Under the pieces are notes generated by a model. That model worked only from the letters and a program-made list of their open reading frames with translations. It was not told the origin of the DNA and made no database searches. A stretch of DNA of 64,000 nucleotides from an uncultured virus (IMG/VR IMGVR_UViG_3300010885_074529) (Duplodnaviria > Heunggongvirae > Uroviricota > Caudoviricetes): the IMG/VR virus record IMGVR_UViG_3300010885_074529; one strand, written 5' to 3'. Below are positions 8,319 through 18,900 of this stretch, piece after piece (position 1 is the first letter of the stretch; the number at the start of each line of letters is the position of its first letter). The position numbers and the translations under genes were made by a program.

Positions 8319-9662
8319 ATGTCTAAAATAGCAATTGAAGAATGGTACGCAGAAGCTAGTGGAGATGTAGCTGCAAATCAAGCTCCCATGGGAATGCCAG
8401 ATAGTATGGCGGCACAACAAATAGACCCAATGGGAAGTCCGCCCGCAGATTTACAAGCAGTTAAAAACTCCGATCCCAGTACCCAGCCTGGTGCACAAAG
8501 CGACCCAAACGTAGCAAATCAAGATAATGTACAACAATCTGGTCAACCTCAAATGCCAGATGTAAGTCAAGATCCACAAGCACCAGATATGCCCGAAGAA
8601 ACCGAAGATGCGGATTTCGAACAGTGGAAGAACAATTTTTTCAAAGAATCCATAAAGGGCGATGTAGGAAAGCTAATCGACTTAATACATCAAGTAAGAG
8701 ACTTAGAACTAGATTCTTATCCAAGGAAGTTTGTAGAAGACAATTTGCAAGTTTGTTTTCTAAGACAAAACGCAAACATAGACAAAGCAAGCAAAGAAAT
8801 CAGGCGACTAGTAAAAGAAGATTTAGATAAGAACAATCCTTCTGTTTCACTTGTTAATCATATGGATAGCGTGTTTCAAAAAATGCCAGAACTCAACAGC
8901 GTGTTTATAAAGTTGAAAGGATTGCTGGGAATGAAGGGAGATCTACATAGAAAGTTTATCTCTGCTGTTATAGGTGGTGTTCAGGTTGGTACAGGCGGTA
9001 ACAACGAAGACGTAATATACAACGAAAGAAGCTATTCGGTTCGGATATCGACTAGGTACAACGATAGATGGGGCAAGGTGGATATTGGCAAATGGAGCCT
9101 CAAAGAAGATGATGCTGACCATTATCTAACAGAACCAGAACAAAGAAGGCTTGAAGAAGGATCTCCCGAAGAAAAAGATGTACTTCGCCGCAGAATAGTT
9201 ATGGAAAGCATAGCTGAGAGCTTCAATAAAAGAAGCTTCTTGATAAATGTGGTAGGAGAAGACGGAACAATATACACGCTAGGATGGGATATATCGGGAA
9301 GTTTGCAAAGTGCCTACACAGATGGCAAGTTGATCGTAAAAACCAGTCAGGGAGAAAATTCAGAAGCAATGATAAATGATCAGGGAATGATTGTTCCCTA
9401 CATGGATATAAAAATTAAATACTCGAAGGAAACAGGTCAGTTAGACGAAGACGGCAAACCAGTAAAAGAAGAACATGATTTTATGGAGAGAATTGATGGC
9501 ATGTTATTTCTCACAGCTCAGTTTAACATTATTAAAGAAACAGCATCGTCATTCACAGGAATGGTTCTGAAAGAAATTCCTTACAGTGGCAATCCAAGCG
9601 ATATCAGAGTCATACAGCGTTGTGTACCAAGTAGTCAAGAAATACTACTTCGTACATGCTAA
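8319..9662 (+). CDS. Hypothetical protein with a disordered Pro/Gln N-terminus (candidate head protein)
   Basis: 447-aa ORF with leader MSKIAIEEWYAEA. Confidence 0.75.
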   Translation: MSKIAIEEWYAEASGDVAANQAPMGMPDSMAAQQIDPMGSPPADLQAVKNSDPSTQPGAQSDPNVANQDNVQQSGQPQMPDVSQDPQAPDMPEETEDADFEQWKNNFFKESIKGDVGKLIDLIHQVRDLELDSYPRKFVEDNLQVCFLRQNANIDKASKEIRRLVKEDLDKNNPSVSLVNHMDSVFQKMPELNSVFIKLKGLLGMKGDLHRKFISAVIGGVQVGTGGNNEDVIYNERSYSVRISTRYNDRWGKVDIGKWSLKEDDADHYLTEPEQRRLEEGSPEEKDVLRRRIVMESIAESFNKRSFLINVVGEDGTIYTLGWDISGSLQSAYTDGKLIVKTSQGENSEAMINDQGMIVPYMDIKIKYSKETGQLDEDGKPVKEEHDFMERIDGMLFLTAQFNIIKETASSFTGMVLKEIPYSGNPSDIRVIQRCVPSSQEILLRTC

Positions 9663-9676
9663 GAAAAGGAGAATAT

Positions 9677-10150
9677 ATGGGACTTTTTTGTGAATTTGTT
9701 GACAGGAAGCAGCGTGAAGCTCGTAAGCATTTAAAACTAATTGAGAAGGCTTTAAAAAAATCTGGCTTTTCTATTTCTAATTATATAGATCAGGATGATT
9801 CGCACATCTTCATAAAGAACACTTCTCCTGACGCTTCTTTTGAAGGCATTAGGATTTATGAAATTGGAGACGCACTAGCTTATAGAGTTCAAAAAGAACA
9901 AGAAACTGAGCCGTATGGAAAAGCATATATTTTAGACTTAGAAGAAATGTTCAACGACTTTATGAGCGAAAACATTAAAGAAGAAAAAGCTGGTAATAAA
10001 GTCATCGAAAGTCTTGCAGAAGAAATTAAGCAATTCTTCGCCAGAAGTGCCACGGCACAATCAGAAATTGATGGAAGCGAAAAAGAGAAAACAGTAATAC
10101 TAAAGACAGGTGGGACCGATTATTCTGGAATGGTGGTCAGCAAAACATGA
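9677..10150 (+). CDS. Hypothetical protein
   Basis: AGGAG RBS before ATG 9677. Confidence 0.7.
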   Translation: MGLFCEFVDRKQREARKHLKLIEKALKKSGFSISNYIDQDDSHIFIKNTSPDASFEGIRIYEIGDALAYRVQKEQETEPYGKAYILDLEEMFNDFMSENIKEEKAGNKVIESLAEEIKQFFARSATAQSEIDGSEKEKTVILKTGGTDYSGMVVSKT

Positions 10151-10830
10151 ACGATGCGATAATCTTAAGCGACCTACATCTAGGAAGTAAAGTTTGTCAA
10201 GCTAAGAACATATTAAACTTTTTATCACAAATTAAAAACAAACAAATAGAAACTTCTTTGTTAATTCTTAATGGAGATGTTTTTGACTCTTGGGATTTTA
10301 GAAGACTATGCAAAAAGCATTGGAAAATTCTTTCTGCATTGAGAAAACTGTCATCAACTATTGATGTTGTATGGGTCAATGGTAATCATGACGGCCCGAC
10401 AGAAATAGTTTCTCATCTTTTGGGAACCAAAGTTTTTGAAGAGTACATTATCAATAGCTCTGGTAAAAAAATATTGGTAATGCACGGACATCAGTTCGAT
10501 GATTTTATTAGCGACCACCCAAGATTTACAAAAATTGCAGATAAAATTTATAGATTTTTACAAAAGATTCATTTAGATTGGGCTTTAAAGATTAAAAAAA
10601 GCAGCAAGACCTTTCTTGGAAACGCTGCTGCTATAGAGAATAAATCTATTGTATATGCAAAAAAGAAACTATGTGACGCAGTTTGCTGTGGACATGTTCA
10701 TTTATCAGCCTGTAAGCCTGAATTAGGCTACTATAACAGTGGAAGCTGGACAGAGGTTCCTTGCTCTTATCTCTTAGTATCAGGAGGAGTAGTGACTCTA
10801 CATGAATTTGTGGAACAAGGAACAATATAA
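10147..10830 (+). CDS. Calcineurin-like metallophosphoesterase, LpxH-like (UDP-2,3-diacylglucosamine hydrolase-like)
   Basis: LSDLHLG, NGDVFD, GNHD, MHGHQFD, CGHVH and YYNSGSW. Confidence 0.85.
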   Translation: MNDAIILSDLHLGSKVCQAKNILNFLSQIKNKQIETSLLILNGDVFDSWDFRRLCKKHWKILSALRKLSSTIDVVWVNGNHDGPTEIVSHLLGTKVFEEYIINSSGKKILVMHGHQFDDFISDHPRFTKIADKIYRFLQKIHLDWALKIKKSSKTFLGNAAAIENKSIVYAKKKLCDAVCCGHVHLSACKPELGYYNSGSWTEVPCSYLLVSGGVVTLHEFVEQGTI

Positions 10831-10855
10831 ATACATTGTTCGAGTACATAATTTC

Positions 10856-11119
10856 ATGGAAACAAACATTTTAGAATTAGTGGGTTGGTTCGGATCGGTT
10901 ATGCTTGCCTTCTGCGGTCTTCCGCAGGCCGTGGAATCGTGGAAGAGTGGAAATTCTTCTGGGGTTTCGTGGGGGCTTCTATTGATGTGGGGCTTGGGCG
11001 AGATTGCGAGCGTGATATACGTATTGCCCAGAATGGAAGTTCCTCTTCTATTCAACTACGTTACGAACATCTCTTTCATACTTGTGATTTCTTACTATAA
11101 GTTACGACCTCGGCCCTAA
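10856..11119 (+). CDS. PQ-loop/SemiSWEET-family small membrane transporter
   Basis: Three hydrophobic helices; LPQAVESWKSG.SSGVS; late LLFNY. Confidence 0.8.
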   Translation: METNILELVGWFGSVMLAFCGLPQAVESWKSGNSSGVSWGLLLMWGLGEIASVIYVLPRMEVPLLFNYVTNISFILVISYYKLRPRP

Positions 11120-11175
11120 ATATTTTTCTAAAAATTAATATATAATAATAGAACGGTATTTACAAGGAGGTTTAT

Positions 11176-11349
11176 ATGGAAGAACAAAACACAGATCTAT
11201 TGGCGTTAATTGTATCAATTTTCTTGCCACCTGTTGGTGTGTTACTAAAAGAGGGATTCGGCGTGCAATTAGTCATCAATATAATTCTGACTTTACTTGG
11301 TTATATACCTGGTATAGTTCACGCTTTATATATAATTTTAAGGAAATAA
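11176..11349 (+). CDS. YqaE/Pmp3-family proteolipid, 57 aa (not in ORF track)
   Basis: AAGGAGG RBS. Hand translation MEEQNTDLLALIVSIFLPPVGVLLKEGFGVQLVINIILTLLGYIPGIVHALYIILRK* has the IFLPP and LGYIPG..HA signatures. Confidence 0.9.
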   Translation: MEEQNTDLLALIVSIFLPPVGVLLKEGFGVQLVINIILTLLGYIPGIVHALYIILRK

Positions 11350-11690
11350 TGAAATTGCAATCATTTGATAGTTGGCTCATCAACAAAAAAGCTGTAAATG
11401 TATCAGAAGTTTCAAACGATGGAAACGACATGATTACTAACAATCTAAATGACATAATAGAATATGCCACTAAATTGTTGAGCGTTGTTGATGAGTCTTC
11501 CGAACTCGATGAATGGATGGAAAGCAAAATAACAATTGCCAGAACATATATGTCTGACGTTACTCATGCTTATTTAAATGATCTAAAAAAACAGCAAGGC
11601 GGCTGCTCTATGAGCGGAGGCGGAATTGCTGGCTATCTTGGTTACGATGATGGCGGAGAAGATATGGGAACTAGCGAATTTGAAATGTAA
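11349..11690 (+). CDS. T4-like phage hypothetical protein with a capsid-targeting-like leader
   Basis: MKLQSFDSWL leader; LDEWMESKITIARTYM motif; TAATG coupling. Confidence 0.7.
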   Translation: MKLQSFDSWLINKKAVNVSEVSNDGNDMITNNLNDIIEYATKLLSVVDESSELDEWMESKITIARTYMSDVTHAYLNDLKKQQGGCSMSGGGIAGYLGYDDGGEDMGTSEFEM

Positions 11691-11691
11691 T

Positions 11692-12423
11692 ATGATTAAC
11701 TTTAAAAAATGGTTTCAAATATCCGAAAGTAAGGGAATTAGATTAACAGATGAAATTATTTCCCAAATTAGATCGTCGATTGATCAAATTTATCAAATAG
11801 CAAAAACTGTTAAAAAAGAGCCAGAAAAAGAAGTTTTTGATGTAGCTGTAATAAAGTATGCTGACCCTTATTTTAAGGATAGGCCTCGTCAAGTAGACAT
11901 ACATGTTGTAAACAATCTACATCAAAATAACAATGGTTCTTTTAGAAATGGTTATGGGATAGAAATCAACGTCGCTCATGTTGAGGAAAAAGATTTAACT
12001 CCAAAATGGGTCGAACGAGTATTAGCTCATGAACTAATACATTCTACAGACCCCAAAATAAGCGACTTTGGTACTTTTCAATCTGTAAAAAACTACGATA
12101 GTAGCGGCGGATTTGATTACTATACCCATCCATTTGAATTCGATGCCTACACAGGCCAACTTGCTTATTCAATAACGCAGGCTGCGGACAAACTAAAAGG
12201 TACTGACAAAGAGTCGGTTTTAAGAACACAATTAGATAATACATTGAAGTTTATATCCAATCCCGATAAATCTAAGGCCGAAAAAATTTATGGGGTTATT
12301 GTTGATCCTGAATACTGGAAACATTATCACATATACTTTGCACATGGCTCACCACAACAAAAGCGTAAAATGCATCAAAGAATATACAAAGCCGTGATGG
12401 ATGCTAAGACAAAATTAGGCTAG
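11692..12423 (+). CDS. HEXXH zinc metalloprotease-like protein with a capsid-targeting-like leader
   Basis: MINFKKWFQISES; VLAHELIH; downstream YYTHPFEFDAY. Confidence 0.75.
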   Translation: MINFKKWFQISESKGIRLTDEIISQIRSSIDQIYQIAKTVKKEPEKEVFDVAVIKYADPYFKDRPRQVDIHVVNNLHQNNNGSFRNGYGIEINVAHVEEKDLTPKWVERVLAHELIHSTDPKISDFGTFQSVKNYDSSGGFDYYTHPFEFDAYTGQLAYSITQAADKLKGTDKESVLRTQLDNTLKFISNPDKSKAEKIYGVIVDPEYWKHYHIYFAHGSPQQKRKMHQRIYKAVMDAKTKLG

Positions 12424-12439
12424 ATAGTCTAAATAAAGA

Positions 12440-12946
12440 ATGCCATTACCTTTTTTAGACGCTGCATTTCCTTCTAATACTCGCCCCAAAAGCCCAATAG
12501 TAGGAAGAGGCAGTTTAATAACTTTTAATTACGCTTTTCACAAGCCTGGCCACGATTTCTTTCCTCTAGTGTTGGTCACAGACCCTGATTATTCCATTCC
12601 AACATCTCAGCAGAGATATCTTAGAGGAATCAATCTTCATTATTTGACTTTTCCAGTAATAAAAAAGTTAATTTTCCCTAGTATTGCCGGGTCTGTGTGT
12701 GAAAATCCTAATTTTACATATCAATATATTAAAAACAATAACTATATAATTTCGGCCTTCCGACAATACAAAAGAAATGGCGTAGCGAACCTAAAAAAGC
12801 TCGATTGCCAGTTCGTAGCTAATGCAATGGGTATATCCAGATCTTTTGATCCTAACGAAATAGAAGCTATACGAAAGTCTGTACGAGATCAGATCAGTCG
12901 TATGACTAATCCTAGAGCGAGTGCTACTGGCGAATTACCACTATAA
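12440..12946 (+). CDS. DNA end protector (T4 gp2-like)
   Basis: FPLVLV...LRGINLHYL...AFRQY pattern. Confidence 0.65.
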   Translation: MPLPFLDAAFPSNTRPKSPIVGRGSLITFNYAFHKPGHDFFPLVLVTDPDYSIPTSQQRYLRGINLHYLTFPVIKKLIFPSIAGSVCENPNFTYQYIKNNNYIISAFRQYKRNGVANLKKLDCQFVANAMGISRSFDPNEIEAIRKSVRDQISRMTNPRASATGELPL

Positions 12947-12955
12947 TAAAATAAC

Positions 12956-15900
12956 ATGGCAGATAACATATACGATAACAGAGGCAGAAAACTTGACACC
13001 AACATGTCTATTGGTGACTTAAAGAGTTTAATTGGCTCTTTAATGAGTCAGAAGACTGGAGAAACTAAGCCTGTTGGTAACGGTTCTGATAAGGCGTCTA
13101 ATTTAAACTCCTTATTTGAAAAATATGTTAAAGATCACAAAAAAGAAGCAAGCGAAAATGCCACATTACTAAAAACAATAGTAGACACGCTTAGCAAGAT
13201 GAAGGAAGCTAGAAAAGAATCTAAAAAAGAAAAAACACAAGATACTATAGGTGATAAATTTGGAAAAGCACTTAATAAAAGAAAAACAAGCAAGGAAGAA
13301 AAGTCCAGCTTAAAAGCAATAACTTCTTTAGATAAAACCTTCAACACTAAGGGATCAGGATATACCCACGACATACATTGCGAGCAATGGTTGAAGTCCA
13401 TATACGATGTAATAACAGATATGGCCAGTGGAAACAAAAAGAACTGGAAGACAAGTATCGATTTAGAAAAAGAAATAGAAGATATAGCAGCGAAGAAAAC
13501 AAACGCTGTTCCCGCAGGTCGAAGTGGAGGTGGAGGAGGTGGTGGTGATGCAAGCGAGGCCGAAAAAACAGCCAAAGCCCTGAATGAGTGGATGCGCGAT
13601 AATGAATACGAATACGACGTAAGATATGAAAGTATATTAGAAATATTTAAAACAGAAGAGGAATTACAAAGAATAAAGTTGCGTGGCTCCAAAGAAGAAA
13701 GAGCTCGTTTAAGAAATTTAAATAAAAGCTGGGAAGATGTAAAAGGTCTAGTCACAGGAATAGAAAAAAATATCCTTGGATTAGATGGAAGTGTATTTAC
13801 AAATATATTTAAAGGGGCATTAGTAGAAGAAACAAAGTTTATTCAAGAAGCAAGAAAAGCTGCGTACGAAATTGCCGGTGTTACAGGCGAATCAAAAAGT
13901 CTCCAAAGACAATACGAAGCAATAGGCGAAACTGTAAAGCTAACAGGAGCAGATCGATCTGAATTTCAAAAACAATATTTAACAGCATTAAAAAGTGGCG
14001 TCAAAGATCAGAAAAAAGCGATGACACTCACCACAACCCAATTGAACACGGAAAAGCAAATAGGATTACAGGCAGGAGATCTAGGAGACACATTTATTGA
14101 ATGGAACAATCAACTACGTTTAAGCGACGATCAGACAGCACAAATAGGACGAGGAATTAGAGAGGTAGGAAGAAATACAGGTCTTGTAGGAGAAAAATTA
14201 AGAGCAGCAGTTGATTCAAGCAAGCAATTTGTTGATCAGATGAAAAAGGCAGGCAGAGTAACAGCTAGCGGCATTAGCAACGCAATAGGGTTGCAAGCTG
14301 AGTTCCAAAAACTGGGAGTAGAAGAAGCTGGTTCAGGCATTCAGAAAGCTCTTTCCTCGACAACGGGCTTTTACGAAGCAGACGATCAAACAAAAAGTCT
14401 TTTAGCTAACGCTGCAAGCCGTGTTGGTTTAACGGGCGACCTAATAAATGGAACAATCGGAGAGAGCAATGAAAAAATAAAGACTCTTAACAAAGGATTG
14501 ATGGAAACCGCAAATAGCCTTGGTTTAGGTGGCAGCAACGCAGAAGAGATGAGAAAAAACTTTGAAAATCTTTCTGATGATGCAAAAAGAGAAATGAATA
14601 TGCGGTTTAAATTAGCTTTTAAAATGGAGGCTGGAGAAGCTCTCAATGTTTTTGAGGCTATAGAGAATAAAACAAAAACTCTTGCTGAGCAGTTAGCAGA
14701 TTTAAATAAAGAAAAATCAAAAAACTTGACTTTAGAAGAACGAGCCACAATCGCAGAAAAAGAGAGAGGCCTCAAATTAGGTTCTAGTTTGAAAGTGCTT
14801 ACTGCTTTATCTGAGGCCTCTAAAGATGCAGACAGCATGCCTGAGGCTTTAGCTAAATTTGGTAAAAACAAAAAAGACCTCGAAGGAGATTTGAACGCTC
14901 TTGGTGGAGATTGGGCTAGTAATACAGAAGCAGCAAGATTTGCAATACAAAGCTCGATTGATTCTATAAATGAAGGATTGAGAAAATCAGGCAAAGATGA
15001 ATTAACAATAGATTCTAGTCGCATAGAGAAAGCTTTAAGTGATCCGACAGCACTTAGAGAGTTAACTGCTGATATAAATAAGGGCGAACAAGAATTAGCT
15101 ACAGCTCAAAAAGCACAATTAGATCCTTTGACTAGTATGGATCAACGTATCAAAGAAACAAACGACTGGTTAAGAGGAATTAGTAATTGGCTTATATCGG
15201 GAAGTTTGTTGGGCACTCTTGGCAAGTGGTTCATACCATTTTTTGCGGGCTTATCTTTAGTGTTTGGTGCTATTCTTGCTGGCGAAAAAATGTTACTTTT
15301 GTATTTCAATACATTATCAAAAGTTCCTAAACAGGCTCAGGAGGCATTTACAGCTTCAAAACAAAAAGCACAAGATGTGTATAAAAATTTAAAAAATTGG
15401 TGGCTAAAGAAGGAGACTGACGAACCTGCAACTCCTGCACCACCTACCCCTACGAATTCTACCTCGCCTACATCGAATACTCCAGCACCTCCTGCGTCTG
15501 TGGTGGATGATTGTTGTGGTAGTCTGTTAAAAATTAATCAATCTATACTTGAAGTTTTAAAGGCAATAAAAGATTGTATCTGTGGATCATCTAATTTGAA
15601 AGCTGATGAGGGCCTTAAAAATGTAGGAAATGTAACAGCACGAGAAGCAGGTAGTGATCTAACCCCCACATCAGTTCCTCCTGTAGCTGGTGCAGCACCT
15701 GCGGCTGATGAAGCTCTTGCTAAATCTGGCCGCAAAAAAAAGCCTAAACTTTCAGAAGAAGAAATAAACAAAAGAAAATTAGCAGGACAATCAGAAAAAG
15801 AGCGTATGCGTGCAGAAGGCATAGATCCTGCTGTGGCAAGATCTATTAGGCGTCAAGAAACAAAAAATGTAAAAGCCGACACAGCATTAAACAAGATAGA

Positions 15901-18900
15901 GAGAAGAAGCCTACTAACAGATATTAAAAATGGCAAGCAAACAACTAGAATGATACAACTGCAAAAACAGTATTCTAAAGATGAAAGAAGAATTAAACTA
16001 AGGAAACAAAAAGAAGAATCAGCACCATCAGCCCCAGATACATCTATTTTTGATTTGGACACTTTAATGAAAAGTGGCAAAGATATGATGAAGGCTGCAC
16101 CGGCTATTATTCTTTTAGGCATAGGAGCTACTGCTATCGGAGCAGCCATAGCTTTTGTTGCAAAAAATGTATTAGGGTTTCTTGGTCTGGACATACAGAC
16201 TGTGGCCGAAACTGCGGGTTCCGTTGCAATACTAATCGGAGGTGCAGCAGCTATAGCAGCCGGTGTATCTGGGGCTGCCGAAGCCTTAGAAGATCTCGGA
16301 GAATTTGCTATGAACGCAAAAGATAATGCTAGAGAAATAGCCATAGGAGCGGCAGCTTTACTTATATTAAGTCCTGTAATGACGCTTTTGGCTGCGGGAG
16401 TAGCTCTTCTTGTAAATGGGGTAATGTCTATAACCGGAATAGATGCAGCGAAAGCTGCCGATGCTGCTTGGCAGGTAGCTGGAATTATAGGTGCTGCTGG
16501 TGCTATAGCCGTGGGTGTCACTCTAGCTATGGCTGGATTAGCAGGATTGGGGGCTTTGGCTAGTGCGATTTTTTCAGGACCCCAAGCACTGGCAGCTTTG
16601 TGGTTTTTGGGCGTTGGAACTGCTGCCTTATTGGCCTTAACTCCAGTTGTTGTGGGCTTAGCCGCTGCTGTAGTGTGGATGGCATCATCGATAATAAAGA
16701 AAACTTTTAATCCCACTCAAACAAAAGAAGCGGTAGAAGGAGTACAAGCAATAATCGGCGGGGCAGGCAGCATAGCGTGGAGTGTATTATCAACACTTCC
16801 AAAACTGGCTTTACTCGGGGCTTTGTCCGGTGTGATTTGGGCTACACTTCCTTTTGTATACATAGGAGCCAAAGCCTTACTAGCACTAACACCAGCTATT
16901 GTTTTGCTTGGTGCTGCCATTATTGGTCTGGCTGGAATAATAGTAAAAAATACTTATTGCCCCTGTCAAACTAAAGCGGTAGTCGAAGGAACAAAAGCGA
17001 TAATTGATGGTGCTGGAAGTATAGCGTGGGCGGTGTTATCAACACTACCAAAATTAATGTTACTCGGAGCATTAGCTCCTGTGATTTCAACTGCTGTTCC
17101 TTTGATGTTGACTGGTGCCGCTGCTTTGTTAGTTCTAACGCCTGCTATCTTGTTGTTAGGAGCTGCTATTCTTGGTATGGCTGGATTGATATTGAAGAAC
17201 TCTTATTGCCCGTGTGAAACAAAAGCAATAGTGGGAGGAGTGCAAGCATTAATTGACGGAGCTGGTAGTATAGCTCTAAGCGTTATAGCAGCAGTACCCA
17301 AATTTATGTTACTTGGAGGGTTGGCAGCTTCTGTTTGGTACGTGCTTCCTTTACTAGGTATTGCCGCTGTTGCATTGTTAGCACTAACGCCTGCTATCTT
17401 GTTGTTAGGAGCTGCTATTCTTGGTATGGCTGGAATGATATTAAAGAACTCTTATTGCCCATGTGAAACCAAAGCTATAGTGGGAGGAGTACAAGCATTG
17501 ATTGACGGAGCTGGTAGTATAGCTCTAAGCGTTATAGCAGCAGTACCCAAATTCATGTTGCTTGGAGGGTTGGCTGCTTCTGTTTGGTATGTGCTTCCTT
17601 TACTAGGTATTGCCGCTGTTGCATTGTTAGCACTAACGCCTGCCATTATGGGCTTAGGCACGGCAATTATTGGCATGGCCTCATGGATATTAAAGCAAAC
17701 TTTCGACCCATCAGAAACTGAAGATATAATAAAAGGAGTGCAAACAATAATAGATGGTGCTTCGAGTATAGCGTTAAGCATTATATTTGCAGTTCCTAAA
17801 TTCTTGTTGCTTGGAGCTATGGCTGCTTCTACATGGTTGGCAATTCCTTTTATCTGGTTAGGAGTTTATGCTTTATCTGCTATATCCAAACCTATAGTAG
17901 GGTTTGTAGCGGCCGTAAAACAATTTTATGAAGATGTAAGATTTGTTGACCCTGAAGATGCGGGCAAAATGGCCAAAGAGGTAGGAGAAGTAATTAGCTC
18001 AACAGCAAATGTGGCTAATCAGATATTATCTGCAAAGAAGGGCATGATGTCTTTAGCAGGAGCGGATTGGGGATTCTTTAAGAGCCCTGTAACGCAAATG
18101 GAAGAAGGAGCAAAGTCTTTAGAAGCACTAATGGCTCCTGTAGTAAAATTTATTGGTTCTATAAAAAAGTTTTATAATGACGTTGCAACAACAATAAATC
18201 CAGAAGAAGCTGTGAAGATGGGACATGGAGTTAGCGACATACTGTGCGGGGTGGTTAGTGTTGTTAATAGCATTTTAGAAGTTAAAGCTGGACTAATGAA
18301 CATGCAAGGAGTTTCCTCTAAGGGCGGATGGGGATGGACAAGTACTGTAGATCAGATGAACGCCGGAGCCGAATCTTTAAAGGTACTAGAAGTTCCTGTT
18401 AAGAATTTTATCGAACAAATAAGAAATTTTTATAATGAAGTATCAAAAATAATACCACCAGAAGCAGCAAAGAAAATGGGTACTGGTATATCCGACATAT
18501 TAGGAGCTGTTGTTAGTGTTGTTAATGGTATTTTTTCTGTTAAAACTGGTTTGATAAACGCACAGGGAGCTTCTTCTGGTGGTGGAATGTGTGTGTGGTG
18601 TGATGATGCTGCTACACAGATGAGAGCTGGTGCAGCAGCACTGAAGGTGCTAGAAAAACCTGTTGAAGAGTTTATTCAACAAATAAAGAGCTTCCATGAC
18701 AAAATTATAGTAATAATACCACCAGAAACTGCAAAGAAAATAGGCGAAAATGTTAGTGCTATTTTCAATGCTGTTGCTGATGTTACATGCAACATCATGA
18801 AAGCTAAAGAAAATTTAACAGCTATATTAGACTCTGGTGGTGGGAGCACGAAAAAATTAAAGTCGCAAATGAAGGATGGAACAGATGCTTTGAATGCAAT

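Noticed and set aside
17135..17645. Diversity-generating retroelement TR/VR pair
   Set aside because: Copies are tandem and in-frame, differences are mostly synonymous rather than adenine-specific, and no reverse transcriptase is present.
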